In this document: one piece after another, positions 12,347 to 21,558 of the stretch
Numbering within the stretch: position 1 is the first letter of the stretch
Layout of the letters: every line of letters starts with the position of its first letter
DNA from: Candidatus Fervidifonticultor secundus
GTDB lineage: Bacteria; Sysuimicrobiota; Sysuimicrobiia; Sysuimicrobiales; Humicultoraceae
Assembly (NCBI GenBank): GCA_031459385.1
Contig: JAVKIP010000003.1
Location: forward strand, 64,001 to 128,000
DNA length: 64,000 nucleotides
Reading direction: 5' to 3'
Made by a program: the position numbers and the translations under genes
The notes under the pieces: generated by a model
Told to the model about the DNA's origin: nothing
Database searches by the model: none
Seen by the model: the letters and a program-made list of their open reading frames with translations, nothing else

Positions 12347-12699
12347 TCCAGGGCCTGCCGCTTCCAGGCGTAGAGGAGCCCGATGCCCAGCACGCCGACG
12401 AACACCAGCATCTCCACCAGCCCGAAGGTCCCCAGCCGCCGGAAGACCACCGCCCACGGGAACAGGAAGACGATCTCGAGGTCGAAGAGGATGAACAGCA
12501 TGGCGATCACGTAGTAGCGGATCGGCACGCGTTCCCGTGAGGTCCCCATGGCCCACATGCCCGATTCGTAGGCCTCGACCTTCGGCGGCGTGGGCCGGCT
12601 GCCGCCCAGGAGGGCGTGGGCGGCGAGCAACGCGCCCGTGAGGCCCACGACCAACACCAGATGCACCAGAATGGGGAGGTAGTCGACCAGCACCGTCAT
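12337..12699 (-). CDS. nuoA: NADH-quinone oxidoreductase subunit A
   Basis: [33 protein letters not shown]. Confidence 0.96.
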   Translation of the reverse strand: MTVLVDYLPILVHLVLVVGLTGALLAAHALLGGSRPTPPKVEAYESGMWAMGTSRERVPIRYYVIAMLFILFDLEIVFLFPWAVVFRRLGTFGLVEMLVFVGVLGIGLLYAWKRQALEWQ

Positions 12700-12744
12700 C
12701 GTCGGCCCGAAGCCTCGTCCCGACTGCGTCGCAGGCCATCCCTC

Positions 12745-12773
12745 ATCATCGCAGAGTTCCCAGGGAGCGTCAA
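12745..12773 (-). promoter_or_regulatory. Candidate sigma70/sigmaA promoter of the nuo operon
   Basis: Minus strand TTGACG-N17-GATGAT with TG extension, about 45 nt upstream of nuoA. Confidence 0.55.
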
Positions 12774-12811
12774 CACGCACGCCAGGACGGCGCGCGCCGG
12801 CGCGCGGGCGT

Positions 12812-13984
12812 TCACCGGCCGCGCGCGGCCACGGCTCGCACCGATGCCAGGACGCGTGGCAGGATCTCGAGCACCGCGTCCACGTCCGCCTCGGTGCTCC
12901 AGCGGCCGAGCGAGAACCGCAGGGTGCCCGCCGCGTAGGCCTCGGGCACGCCCAGCGCCGCGATGACGTGCGAGGGTTCCAGGCTGCCCGAGGTGCACGC
13001 CGAGCCCGACGAGGCGGCGATCCCCTCCAGGTCGAGGGCCAGCAGCAGCGACTCGCTGTCGGCGTCGGCGAAGGAGACGTTCACGATGCCAGGCAGCCGC
13101 CGGGTGGGGTGGCCGTTGAGCCGGGCGCCCGGGAGCGCGGCGAGGCCGGCCGCCAGACGGTCGCGCAGCGCGCCGATCCGCGCCGCCTCTTGCGCCATCT
13201 CGGCCTGCGCCAGGGTCGCCGCCACGCCGAACCCCACGATCGCCGGCGTGTTCTCGGTGCCGCCGCGGCGCCCGCGCTCCTGGCTGCCGCCGTGGAGCAG
13301 GGGCGTCAGCGTCACGCCGCTGCGGATGTAGAGGGCGCCGATGCCCTTGGGCCCGTACCGCTTGTGCGCCGACAGCGAGAGCAGGTCGATCCCCAGGGCC
13401 CGCACGTCGATCGGCACGATGCCGGCGCTCTGGGTCGCGTCGGTGTGGCAAAGGACGCCCGCCTCGCGGGCGATAGCCGCCACCTCCGCGACCGGCCCCA
13501 GCGTGCCGATCTCGTTGTTGCCGTGCATGATCGAGATCAGCACCGTCTCGGGCCGCAGCGCCCGGCGGACGTCGGCCGGATCCACCAGGCCGTGCCCGTC
13601 CACCGGCAGGATCGTGACGGCCACGCCCCGCTCGGCCAGCCAGCGGCACGGCTCGAGTACCGCGTGGTGCTCCGTCGCCGCGGTGATGACGTGCGCCGCT
13701 CCCCGAGGGCTGGCCCAGACGGCGCCCAGGATCGCGGCGTTGTTGGCTTCCGTGGCCCCGGAAGTGAAGACGATCTCGCCGGGCCGGGCGCCGATCAGGC
13801 GGGCCACCGCCGCGCGGGCTTCGTCGACGGCGGCCCGCGCGGCCTGGCCGAACTGGTGCACGCTTCCGGCATTGCCGAACCGCTGGCTGAAGTACGGTTG
13901 CATGGCCGCCACGACCCGGGGATCGGTGGGCGTGGTGGCCGCGTAGTCGAGGTAGCCCCTGGCTGGCGGGTGCACCGACGTCAT
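12812..13984 (-). CDS. iscS: Cysteine desulfurase (IscS/NifS family)
   Basis: YLDYAATTP, FTSGATEANN, NNEIGT, SAHKRYGPKGIG (PLP Lys), SSGSACTS (catalytic Cys). Confidence 0.93.
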   Translation of the reverse strand: MTSVHPPARGYLDYAATTPTDPRVVAAMQPYFSQRFGNAGSVHQFGQAARAAVDEARAAVARLIGARPGEIVFTSGATEANNAAILGAVWASPRGAAHVITAATEHHAVLEPCRWLAERGVAVTILPVDGHGLVDPADVRRALRPETVLISIMHGNNEIGTLGPVAEVAAIAREAGVLCHTDATQSAGIVPIDVRALGIDLLSLSAHKRYGPKGIGALYIRSGVTLTPLLHGGSQERGRRGGTENTPAIVGFGVAATLAQAEMAQEAARIGALRDRLAAGLAALPGARLNGHPTRRLPGIVNVSFADADSESLLLALDLEGIAASSGSACTSGSLEPSHVIAALGVPEAYAAGTLRFSLGRWSTEADVDAVLEILPRVLASVRAVAARGR

Positions 13985-14057
13985 CCTGGTCAGAGTATAG
14001 CGCACGGGCCTTCCGGCAGAGCAGCCCGCACGCGCGGGACCGGGCGCCGGGCCGGGG

Positions 14058-14579
14058 CTAGGGCGCCGGCACCACGCCCAGATCGTCCAGGTAGCCCAGG
14101 ACCTCGTCCGGCCGCTGGATGTCGTGCCCCATCTGGAGGAACCGGACCGGTCCCACGCTGGCGTGGATCGCGTCCAGGTGGATACGCCGGTCGTCCACGT
14201 AGAGGATCTCCTCCGGGCGCAGGGCGAGACCACGGCCGGCGAGCTCGCCCACGAGCGCGGCCACCATCCGCTCCTTGTGCGGGTGCGGTTCGACCTTCCT
14301 CAGGTCGAAGTACGGCTCAAGCCCCAGCAGCGCGAAGATCTGGGCCACCGGCTCCGGCCGGTTCCAGGAGGCGGCCGCCACCACCAGCTTCCGCGCCCGG
14401 AGGCCCGCCAGCAGCCGGCGCACGCCCGGGTACAGCGCGACGCGGACTCCGTCCTGGTCGCGCACCGCATCGTCGCCGTCCCGCTCGAAGGGCAGCCGCA
14501 GCGCGGTGACGTTGGCGTGGTTCCACAGGGTCAGATCGCAGTCGAGGATCACCAGCCGGACAGCCACGACGACCTCCAT
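14058..14579 (-). CDS. Magnesium-dependent phosphatase-1 (HAD subfamily IIIC)
   Basis: ILDCDLTLW HAD motif I, LYPGV, AASWN, ILYVDDR. Confidence 0.82.
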   Translation of the reverse strand: MEVVVAVRLVILDCDLTLWNHANVTALRLPFERDGDDAVRDQDGVRVALYPGVRRLLAGLRARKLVVAAASWNRPEPVAQIFALLGLEPYFDLRKVEPHPHKERMVAALVGELAGRGLALRPEEILYVDDRRIHLDAIHASVGPVRFLQMGHDIQRPDEVLGYLDDLGVVPAP

Positions 14580-14640
14580 CCTCTCCGACCCCCGCACGCC
14601 GCCCCGTGGCCGCCCCTCCCCCGCCCGCAGCCGGCGCAGC

Positions 14641-15246
14641 TCATGGCTCGTTGGCGGCTGGCGGTGGGGCGGCCTCGGCCACCCTGCCCTCCAGGACGTC
14701 CAGCAGGTTCCGGATGATGCGCGCCGTGAGCCCCCAGACGGTCCAGCGGCCGCAGTTGTAGTAGAGCAGGTCCACGACCCGGCCTGCGCGCACCACGCGC
14801 TCCGCGCGCACGCGGCCGGGTTCCTGGAAGATCGCCAGGGGCAGGGTCACGATCTCGTCGATCTCGTTCGGGTTGGGTCGAAGCCGGTTCGGCGGCGGGA
14901 TGGCGCCGACGAACGGCGTCACGGCGAACCCGGACACGACCGTCTCGACTTCATCCAGCCGACCCAGGATCTCCACGGTGGATGGCTCGAGGCCGATCTC
15001 TTCATAGGTTTCCCGCAGGGCGGTCTCGCGCAGCGACGCATCCCCGGGCTCCTCCCCGCCTCCCGGGAAGGAGATCTGTCCCTTGTGGTGCTCGACCGTT
15101 TCCGTCCGCTTCGTCAGGAGCAGGTACGTGGTGCCGTCCCGCTCGAACACCGGCACGAGCACGGCCGCCCGGCGCCAGGAGTGGGAGGGCAGGTCTTGCG
15201 GGCGATGCGCCCGTAGCTGCTCCCGCAGACGGGCCAGCAGGCTCAC
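14641..15246 (-). CDS. Nudix hydrolase, CoA pyrophosphatase type
   Basis: AAVLVP, LLTKRT..HKGQISFPGG, ALRETYEEIG Nudix box, NPNEI, VWGLTA. Confidence 0.92.
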   Translation of the reverse strand: MSLLARLREQLRAHRPQDLPSHSWRRAAVLVPVFERDGTTYLLLTKRTETVEHHKGQISFPGGGEEPGDASLRETALRETYEEIGLEPSTVEILGRLDEVETVVSGFAVTPFVGAIPPPNRLRPNPNEIDEIVTLPLAIFQEPGRVRAERVVRAGRVVDLLYYNCGRWTVWGLTARIIRNLLDVLEGRVAEAAPPPAANEP

Positions 15247-15323
15247 GTGCTCGTGTTGGCTGCCAGCCCCCCGCAGTCCTTCCAGGTCGGGTGCCCGATC
15301 GAACCGGGCTGGGCCTGGTCCTC

Positions 15324-15369
15324 ATACAAAATGTTGCGAAAATTGTCGAAGAAACCACTAGATCTAGGA
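15324..15369. promoter_or_regulatory. Tandem NrdR boxes upstream of thyX
   Basis: ataCaAaATgTtGcg (15324-15338) and ccaCtAgATcTaGga (15355-15369) match acaCwAtATaTwGtg at the conserved positions and lie 31 bp apart in an AT-rich patch. Confidence 0.75.
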
Positions 15370-15422
15370 AGGAATTCCGGCTCGGATGCGGAATACGTGC
15401 AGGCGACCCCGGGGGGAAGGCC

Positions 15423-16931
15423 ATGATACCACAGTTCGCCTCCATCGACGGCTCTCCATCGCTGCGCCACCGCGACATATACCTCCTCAGCCCCAGGCTC
15501 CTTCCCCCCGAGGTCATAGCCGTGGCCTTCGCCAAAACCTCCCGGAGCCCCAAACCCTTCCGGGAGATCGCGGCGGAGCTCACCGAGGAGTCATCGAGCG
15601 CGTTTCACGAGAAGTGGGTGCTGGGGTACGGCCACGGCTCGGTCGCGGAGCACGCCGTCCTCCACCTGGCCCTGGAGAACCTCTCGCGCCTGGCCATCGA
15701 GTGCCTGGAGAGCAACCGGCTCTGCTCCTATACGGAGAAGTCCACCCGCTACCAGATCTTCGACGCATTCTACGTCCCGCCGGCCGTCGCGGCCTCGGCC
15801 CACGCTGCGCTGTACCTCCAGACGTGCCAGCGCCTGTTCGAGACCTACCGGGCCAGCCTGGAGCCGGTGCGGCGCGTCATCGAGGCCCAATCCCCCCGGC
15901 AGGCGGAGGAGACCGACCGGGCCTACGCCGCGCGGATCCGCTCCAGGTACATCGACGTCTGCCGGTTCCTCCTGCCCTGCGCCACCCTGGCCAACGTGGG
16001 CATGACCGCCAACGCCCGGGCCCTGGAGCACGCCATCACCAAGATGCTCTCGCATCCCCTGGAAGAGGTACGGGCGATCGGCGCCGAGGTCAAGGCGGTG
16101 GCCTGCACGGAGGTGCCCACGCTGGTCAAGTACGCCGATCCCAATCCCTACCTGATCGAGACTGCGACGGCCCTGGCCGCCGTGGCCGAGGGCGAACCTG
16201 CCGACAGCGACCCCTTCGACGGCGTCGCCGCGCCCGGCGTCCGGCTGGTGCACTACGACCGCGACGCGGAGATCCGCGTCGCGGCGGCCTGCCTGTACCG
16301 CTACGGCCGGTCGTCCTACCAGCGGGCGTGGGCGCGGGCCGCGGCCATGCCGCCGCAGCAGCGCGCGGCGATCATCGAAGAAGCGCTGCGGCGGCTGCAG
16401 CGACATGACGCCCCGATCCGGGAACTCGAGCACGTGACCTACACCTTCGACATCGTCTGCGACCAGGGCGCCTACTTCGACCTGAAGCGCCACCGCATGA
16501 TGACCCAGAGCCCCCAGGCGCCCACGGTCGATCTGGGCTACGCGGTCCCTCGCGCCATCGCCGCCGCCAGCCTGGAGGGGGCATTCCGCGCGGCGCTCGA
16601 CCAGGCCACCGAGGCCTACCACCGGATCGCCCGCGACCTGCCCCACGAGGCCGCCTACCTGGTCACGAACGCCCACAACCGGCGCTTCCTGGCCACCATG
16701 AACCTGCGCGAGCTGTACAGCGTGGTCCCGCTGCGGGCGCGGGAGAGCGGACACTTCTCGTACCGGCGCATCGCGCTCCAGCTCTACGAGGCGGTCCGTG
16801 CGGTGCACCCCGGGCTGGTGGGACACGTGCGGTTCGGCTACGCGCCCCCGGCGGCGGCCGACCTCGAGGCCCAGTTCTTCACCGACGTGGCAGCCCGGCC
16901 GGGTGCCGTACCGGCGTTCCCCGTGGGCTGA
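15423..16931 (+). CDS. thyX: FAD-dependent thymidylate synthase, tandem two-domain form
   Basis: YGHGSVAEH, SYTEKSTRY, RFLLP, NARAL in the N-domain; RELEH, DLKRHRMMTQ, MNLREL in the C-domain; purine-rich RBS before ATG 15423. Confidence 0.9.
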   Translation: MIPQFASIDGSPSLRHRDIYLLSPRLLPPEVIAVAFAKTSRSPKPFREIAAELTEESSSAFHEKWVLGYGHGSVAEHAVLHLALENLSRLAIECLESNRLCSYTEKSTRYQIFDAFYVPPAVAASAHAALYLQTCQRLFETYRASLEPVRRVIEAQSPRQAEETDRAYAARIRSRYIDVCRFLLPCATLANVGMTANARALEHAITKMLSHPLEEVRAIGAEVKAVACTEVPTLVKYADPNPYLIETATALAAVAEGEPADSDPFDGVAAPGVRLVHYDRDAEIRVAAACLYRYGRSSYQRAWARAAAMPPQQRAAIIEEALRRLQRHDAPIRELEHVTYTFDIVCDQGAYFDLKRHRMMTQSPQAPTVDLGYAVPRAIAAASLEGAFRAALDQATEAYHRIARDLPHEAAYLVTNAHNRRFLATMNLRELYSVVPLRARESGHFSYRRIALQLYEAVRAVHPGLVGHVRFGYAPPAAADLEAQFFTDVAARPGAVPAFPVG

Positions 16932-16961
16932 CCCTCAGGGAGCCGCCTCAGGCGTCGGGGA

Positions 16962-17288
16962 TCATCCGGCCGCAGCCGGGGCCAGGACGTAAGCCAGGGT
17001 GAGTTGCTCCTTGTTGCCGTGGAAGCGGTGCGGCAGCCCTGCGGGCACGAAGATCACGGAACCCGGCGCCACGGGCGCATCGCGGTCGTCCAGCCGGATC
17101 AGCCCGTGGCCCCCCACGCAGGCGTAGACCTCGTCCTGCTGGTGCGTGCCCTGCAGGTCCAGGCCGCCGGGGAGGACGCGGAGGACGCCCACGACCAGGT
17201 CCGGTCGGGTCAGCAGCCGCTGGAACTGCTGGGCCGGGCCCTCCATCGCGGCTGCGACCTGAAAGGCGTCCCAGACCTGTCCGTCCAT
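16962..17288 (-). CDS. Cupin domain protein
   Basis: HQQDEVY...G and GSVIFVPAGLPHRF cupin motifs; [11 protein letters not shown]. Confidence 0.85.
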   Translation of the reverse strand: MDGQVWDAFQVAAAMEGPAQQFQRLLTRPDLVVGVLRVLPGGLDLQGTHQQDEVYACVGGHGLIRLDDRDAPVAPGSVIFVPAGLPHRFHGNKEQLTLAYVLAPAAAG

Positions 17289-17419
17289 GGCGGGCTCCTC
17301 CTGCGTGGGGCGTCCGGCCGTGAATTCTGGCGGGCGTGGGGCGGCCCCTGCCGGCCGCAGGGATCACCGGGGTTGCCCGGAACATTCCCTGACGACCAGA
17401 CCACGCTGCGAGGTGAGGC

Positions 17420-18340
17420 ATGCGGTTCGTCACGTACGAGGCGCGGGGCGCCGCGCACCTGGGGATGCTGGAGGGGGACTACGTCTTCGCCTTCGCGCCC
17501 CTGGCGCGCCTGGCCGCCCGCACGGGCCCGCGCGCCGGCCCGCGGGCCGAGGTCCCGGACGATCTGGTGGGCTTCATCGAGCGCGGCTCGCTGGCGCAGG
17601 CCCGGGCGGCCCTGGCGCTGGGCCGACGGCTCCTCAGGGAGGGCAGGGCGCGGGACCTGGTAATGCCCCTGGCCCGCGCGCGGCTGCTCGCGCCGATCCC
17701 GCGGCCGCGCAAGAACATCTTCTGCATGGGGCGCAACTACGCCGAACACGCGAAGGAGAGCGGCAGCGAGGTCCCTCCCGTCCCCGTGTTCTTCACCAAG
17801 CCGCCCACGGCGGTGGTCGGGCCCAACGCGCCGGTGATCCACCACCGCGTGACCGAGCAGCTCGACTACGAGGTCGAGCTCACTGTCGTGATCGGCCGGC
17901 GCGGCCGCGACATCCCGGTCGAGCGGGCGCTGGACTACGTCTTCGGGTATACGATCATGAACGACATCACCGCGCGCGACCTCCAGCGCCGCCACCTGCA
18001 GTGGTTCAAGGGCAAGTCCCTGGACACGTTCGCGCCGCTGGGCCCCGTGGTGGTCCACCGGTCGCTGATCCCCGACCCCCAGCACCTGCGCCTGCGGTTG
18101 CGCGTCAACGGCGAGGAGCGCCAGCACGCCTCGACCCGCAGCATGGTCTTCTCGGTGGCGCGGTTGATCTCGGCGCTCTCGGCCGGCATGACGCTCGAGC
18201 CGGGGGACCTGCTGGCCACCGGTACGCCCGAGGGGGTGGCGATGGGCCGCACCCCGCCACCCTGGCTGAAGCCGGGTGACGTCGTGGAGGCCGAGATCGA
18301 GGGGATCGGCGTCCTGCGGAACCCGATCGTCGCGCCCTGA
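17420..18340 (+). CDS. Fumarylacetoacetate hydrolase family protein
   Basis: IFCMGRNYAEH, FFTKP, LDYEVEL, NDITARDLQ, WFKGKSLDTF, LEPGDLLATGTPEGV. Confidence 0.94.
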   Translation: MRFVTYEARGAAHLGMLEGDYVFAFAPLARLAARTGPRAGPRAEVPDDLVGFIERGSLAQARAALALGRRLLREGRARDLVMPLARARLLAPIPRPRKNIFCMGRNYAEHAKESGSEVPPVPVFFTKPPTAVVGPNAPVIHHRVTEQLDYEVELTVVIGRRGRDIPVERALDYVFGYTIMNDITARDLQRRHLQWFKGKSLDTFAPLGPVVVHRSLIPDPQHLRLRLRVNGEERQHASTRSMVFSVARLISALSAGMTLEPGDLLATGTPEGVAMGRTPPPWLKPGDVVEAEIEGIGVLRNPIVAP

Positions 18341-18445
18341 CCCGACGGCGGCGTGACACGTTCGATACATGGGTACGGTAGGAACAGGCCTGCCGGCCCG
18401 CGCCCGGGCGGCGCGGGCGGCCATCGCCATCGACGGAGGGAGCGT

Positions 18446-18874
18446 ATGAGGTCCAGGCTCGTGTGGATCGTGCTGCTGGCTGGTGTGGTGACGCTGGGGG
18501 CGCCGGCGCGCACCCCGGCCCAGACGCGGTCGCCCAAGGTCTACGAGATCACGATGACCTCGTTCAGGTTCGAGCCCGACCAGATCCGCGTCACCGAGGG
18601 CGATACGGTCGTCCTGCGGCTGCGCAACGCGGATACCGAGCGGCGCTTCGCCCACGACATCGCCTCGCGCTACTTCGTCGGCGTGCCCCTCACCGTGCGC
18701 GGCACCGCCCGCCTGGGCGAGGAGGAAGGACGCAGGTTCGTCCGGCTCGACTTCGGCCAGAGCGCAGAGGTGGAGTTCGTGGCCCAGAACCCGGGCTCGT
18801 ACGCCTTCATCTGCAGCGTCTTCATCCATTCGTGGGCGGGCATGACGGGCGCGCTGTTCGTGGAGCGGCGATAG
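18446..18874 (+). CDS. Secreted cupredoxin (type 1 copper) protein
   Basis: Signal peptide MRSRLVWIVLL; FRFEP, AHD (His), PGSYAFICSVFIHSWAGMTG (C-x4-H-x4-M); GGAGGG RBS. Confidence 0.82.
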   Translation: MRSRLVWIVLLAGVVTLGAPARTPAQTRSPKVYEITMTSFRFEPDQIRVTEGDTVVLRLRNADTERRFAHDIASRYFVGVPLTVRGTARLGEEEGRRFVRLDFGQSAEVEFVAQNPGSYAFICSVFIHSWAGMTGALFVERR

Positions 18875-18935
18875 GCATCCGCCGACAGCCGTCCCGCCAG
18901 GCCGCGGGAGACGCGCCTGCACAGGAGGAGGAGCC

Positions 18936-19312
18936 ATGCACGCACGGGCCCCGCGCAGACCCTCACAAAGCGTACCATCGAGGTGGTGATGACCTCGTAC
19001 AAGTACGAGCCGAACCAGCTCCGCCTGGTAGACGGCGAGATCGTCGTGCTCCGCCTGCGGAACGCCGACGCCTTCGGCCGGACGCACAACTTCGCCTCCG
19101 CGTTCCTCGTGAACATCCCGCTGGTGGTGCGGGGCGACGGCCTGGAGGGCACCAGTGAAGGGCGCAGGTTCGTCTCGGTGGAGGCCGGAAAGACGGCCGA
19201 GGTGGAGTTTACCGTCCGGGGTCGGGGGTCGTACGCGTTCCTGTGCACGCTCTTCGACCACGCGTTCCGGGGACAGACGGGCATCCTGATCGTCCAGGCC
19301 CCCCCGCCCTGA
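18936..19312 (+). CDS. Second cupredoxin paralog with Gln axial position; N-terminus frameshifted or signal peptide lost
   Basis: Body (track ORF 18983..19312) has YKYEP, THN, GSYAFLCTLFDHAFRGQTG. The strong RBS (AGGAGGAGG) and ATG at 18936 are out of frame with the body. Confidence 0.7.
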
Positions 19313-19346
19313 CCGGCCTGTGCGCTGGCAGCCCGCTGGCCGCGCG

Positions 19347-19733
19347 CTACCCGTCCAGGTCGCGGGCGTAGCGGATGAGCAGGGGGCGGTCGCGGCTCGC
19401 CCGCCCGGCGCACAGCCTGCGGCGCCCGCGCACAATCTCGAACTGCACGCCCTGCACGTGGCGCAGCACGTGGAAGATGGCGCCGGCGGCCAGCTGGACT
19501 TCCGCCTGCAGGAGCTCACGGGTGAACGCCGCGCCGTTGGTCGGCTTGAAGGTGGCCGACTCCCACACCAGGTCCACGGCGCGCCCGTCCTCGATCATCC
19601 GGCTGCTGTGCACGGTCCCCTTGCCCAGGATGTTCTCGGCCAGGGTGCGGGCGATGGTCGCCTGCTCGTCGCCACGCGCCGCGGCGGCGGCGAGCAGCGC
19701 GAGGACCGTGGCAGCCACGAGGAAACGAGCCAT
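19347..19733 (-). CDS. Hypothetical secreted protein
   Basis: ATG 19733 starts signal-peptide-like MARFLVAATVLALLAAAAARG; 128 aa with normal composition; fills an intergenic gap. Confidence 0.7.
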   Translation of the reverse strand: MARFLVAATVLALLAAAAARGDEQATIARTLAENILGKGTVHSSRMIEDGRAVDLVWESATFKPTNGAAFTRELLQAEVQLAAGAIFHVLRHVQGVQFEIVRGRRRLCAGRASRDRPLLIRYARDLDG

Positions 19734-19895
19734 AGCCCGGCATTCGCCGTGCGACCGGGGGCTCCTGCTGTCGGGCCGGCCGCCCGGGGCGCCGCGCCGC
19801 CGGCTGATGGTGGGGAGGGAACGTGGGCGCAACGTGGTAGTGTTCAGGCGATCCTGCTCCGGTGTCGTACCAGTTGGACGGGAGGAGGGAGCGCG

Positions 19896-21491
19896 GTGAA
19901 GACAGGGATCCGTACGGGACTCGCGCTGGTCCTGGTGGCCGGCCTGCTGGCCCTGCAGCAGGTGCAGGCTACGGCCCAGGCGATCCCCCGGCAGTTGCGC
20001 GTGGCCATCGGGATCGACGCCGACCGGCTCGATCCGGCAGAGCAGACCACCACCACGATCGCCAACGTCGTCGACTACATGTTCGAGACGCTGGTGGACC
20101 TGCACCCGGTCAAGAACGAGATCGTCCCGCGGCTGGCCACCCGCTGGCAGGTCTCGCGCGACGGGCTGACGTACACGTTCACGCTGCGCCGCGGGGTGAC
20201 GTTCCACGACGGGACGCCGTTCAACGCCCAGGCGGTGAAGTTCACGCTGGAGCGGCTGCAGGACCCGCGGATCGCGGTGGCCCTGCGGTTCCTCGTGACC
20301 CCGATCAAGAGCGTGGAGACGCCCAGCGACGATACGGTGCGCGTGACGCTCACCAAGGTCACGCCGACGTTCCTGGCCGACCTGACCACCACGCAGTTCG
20401 CCGTCGTCTCACCCGCGGCCGTGCAGCGCGCGGGCGACCGGTGGCGGGCCGCGCCGACAGGCGGGGGGACCGGGCCGTACATCTTCAAGGAGTGGCGGCG
20501 GGGCGACTCGATCCTGCTGGAGCGCAACCCCACCTACTGGGGCAAGAAGCCGATCTTCGACGAGATCCTCTTCCGCGTGGTCCCCGACGCGGGCACGCGC
20601 CTGACGCAGGTGCTGGCGGGCGACGTGCACCAGGCGATGTTGCCGCCGGCGCCCGACGTCAAGGGCCTGCGCCGCAACCCCCGCGTGACCGTGGTCGAGG
20701 CCCCCAGCGACCGGGTCATCTTCATCGTGCTGAACACCCAGTGGGGGCCGTTCAAGGACGTGCGGGTCCGCCAGGCGATGAACTACGCCGTCAACAAGAA
20801 AGCGATCCTGGCCAGCGTGCTGTTCGACCTGGGCACGGTCGTGGACGGGCCGTGCCCGTCCATGATGTTCGGGTACTCCAAGGTCCAGGACGGTGGCTGG
20901 CCGTTCAACCCCATCAGGGCCAAGCAGCTCCTGGCCGAGGCGGGCTACAGGGACGGGTTCGAGGTCAACTTCTTCTCGCCCACGGGCCGCTACATCCAGG
21001 ACTTCCAGTTCGCGCAGGCGATCGCATCCCAGCTGCGCAACGTCAACGTCCGCGCCACCGTCAGCACCATGGACTGGCCGTCGTACGTGGCCATGATCCA
21101 GACGCCGCTGGAGCGCACGCGGGTGCAGATGATCGTGCTGGGCTGGGCCTGGCCGGTCCTGGACTGCGACGGCGTGCTGTACGGGCAGTTCCACTCGTCC
21201 AACCACCCGCCCCGGGGCCTGGCGCCGGCCTACTACAGCAACCCGAAAGTGGACCAGCTCCTGGACCAGGAGCGCCAGGAGGCCAACGTCGAGCGGCGGA
21301 AGGCGATCATGAAGGAGGCGCAGGAGATCATCTGGAACGACGCGCCGTGGATCTGGCTGTGGAGCCAGAAGTGGTACGTCATCACCGCCAAGAACCTGGA
21401 GGGCGTCCGCATCCACCCCATCGAGAAGTGGACGGCGCTCTGCGAGGGTGGCGAGCCGCAGGTCTCGCACCACTGTGTGACCTGGAAGTGA
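19896..21491 (+). CDS. ABC transporter substrate-binding protein, family 5 (peptide/nickel/glutathione)
   Basis: LATRWQVSRDGLTYTFTLRRGVTFHDGTPFNA, GTGPY, DVRVRQAMNYAVN; GGAGG RBS before GTG. Confidence 0.95.
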   Translation: MKTGIRTGLALVLVAGLLALQQVQATAQAIPRQLRVAIGIDADRLDPAEQTTTTIANVVDYMFETLVDLHPVKNEIVPRLATRWQVSRDGLTYTFTLRRGVTFHDGTPFNAQAVKFTLERLQDPRIAVALRFLVTPIKSVETPSDDTVRVTLTKVTPTFLADLTTTQFAVVSPAAVQRAGDRWRAAPTGGGTGPYIFKEWRRGDSILLERNPTYWGKKPIFDEILFRVVPDAGTRLTQVLAGDVHQAMLPPAPDVKGLRRNPRVTVVEAPSDRVIFIVLNTQWGPFKDVRVRQAMNYAVNKKAILASVLFDLGTVVDGPCPSMMFGYSKVQDGGWPFNPIRAKQLLAEAGYRDGFEVNFFSPTGRYIQDFQFAQAIASQLRNVNVRATVSTMDWPSYVAMIQTPLERTRVQMIVLGWAWPVLDCDGVLYGQFHSSNHPPRGLAPAYYSNPKVDQLLDQERQEANVERRKAIMKEAQEIIWNDAPWIWLWSQKWYVITAKNLEGVRIHPIEKWTALCEGGEPQVSHHCVTWK

Positions 21492-21500
21492 GGATCGCCC

Positions 21501-21527
21501 GGGGGACGGCACCCGACGGCCGTCCCC
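21501..21527 (+). terminator. GC-rich stem-loop after the SBP gene (mRNA stabiliser or partial terminator)
   Basis: GGGGACGGC...GCCGTCCCC inverted repeat between the SBP and permease genes; no U-tract. Confidence 0.4.
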
Positions 21528-21558
21528 CGGCACCCTGCCTCCGCCCGCGTTCTCCTCG

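Noticed and set aside
9575..12739. Apparent long N-terminal extensions or fusions of nuoE, nuoC and nuoB in the ORF track
   Set aside because: The true starts are internal ATGs overlapping upstream stops; the extensions are off-frame readings of the neighbouring genes.
15270..15322. GGTTCGATC T-loop-like hairpin on the minus strand (GCCCG-GTTCGAT-CGGGC within CCAGG/CCTGG)
   Set aside because: It has no D-arm, anticodon arm or acceptor stem, so it is not a tRNA; at most a 5' UTR hairpin of the Nudix gene.
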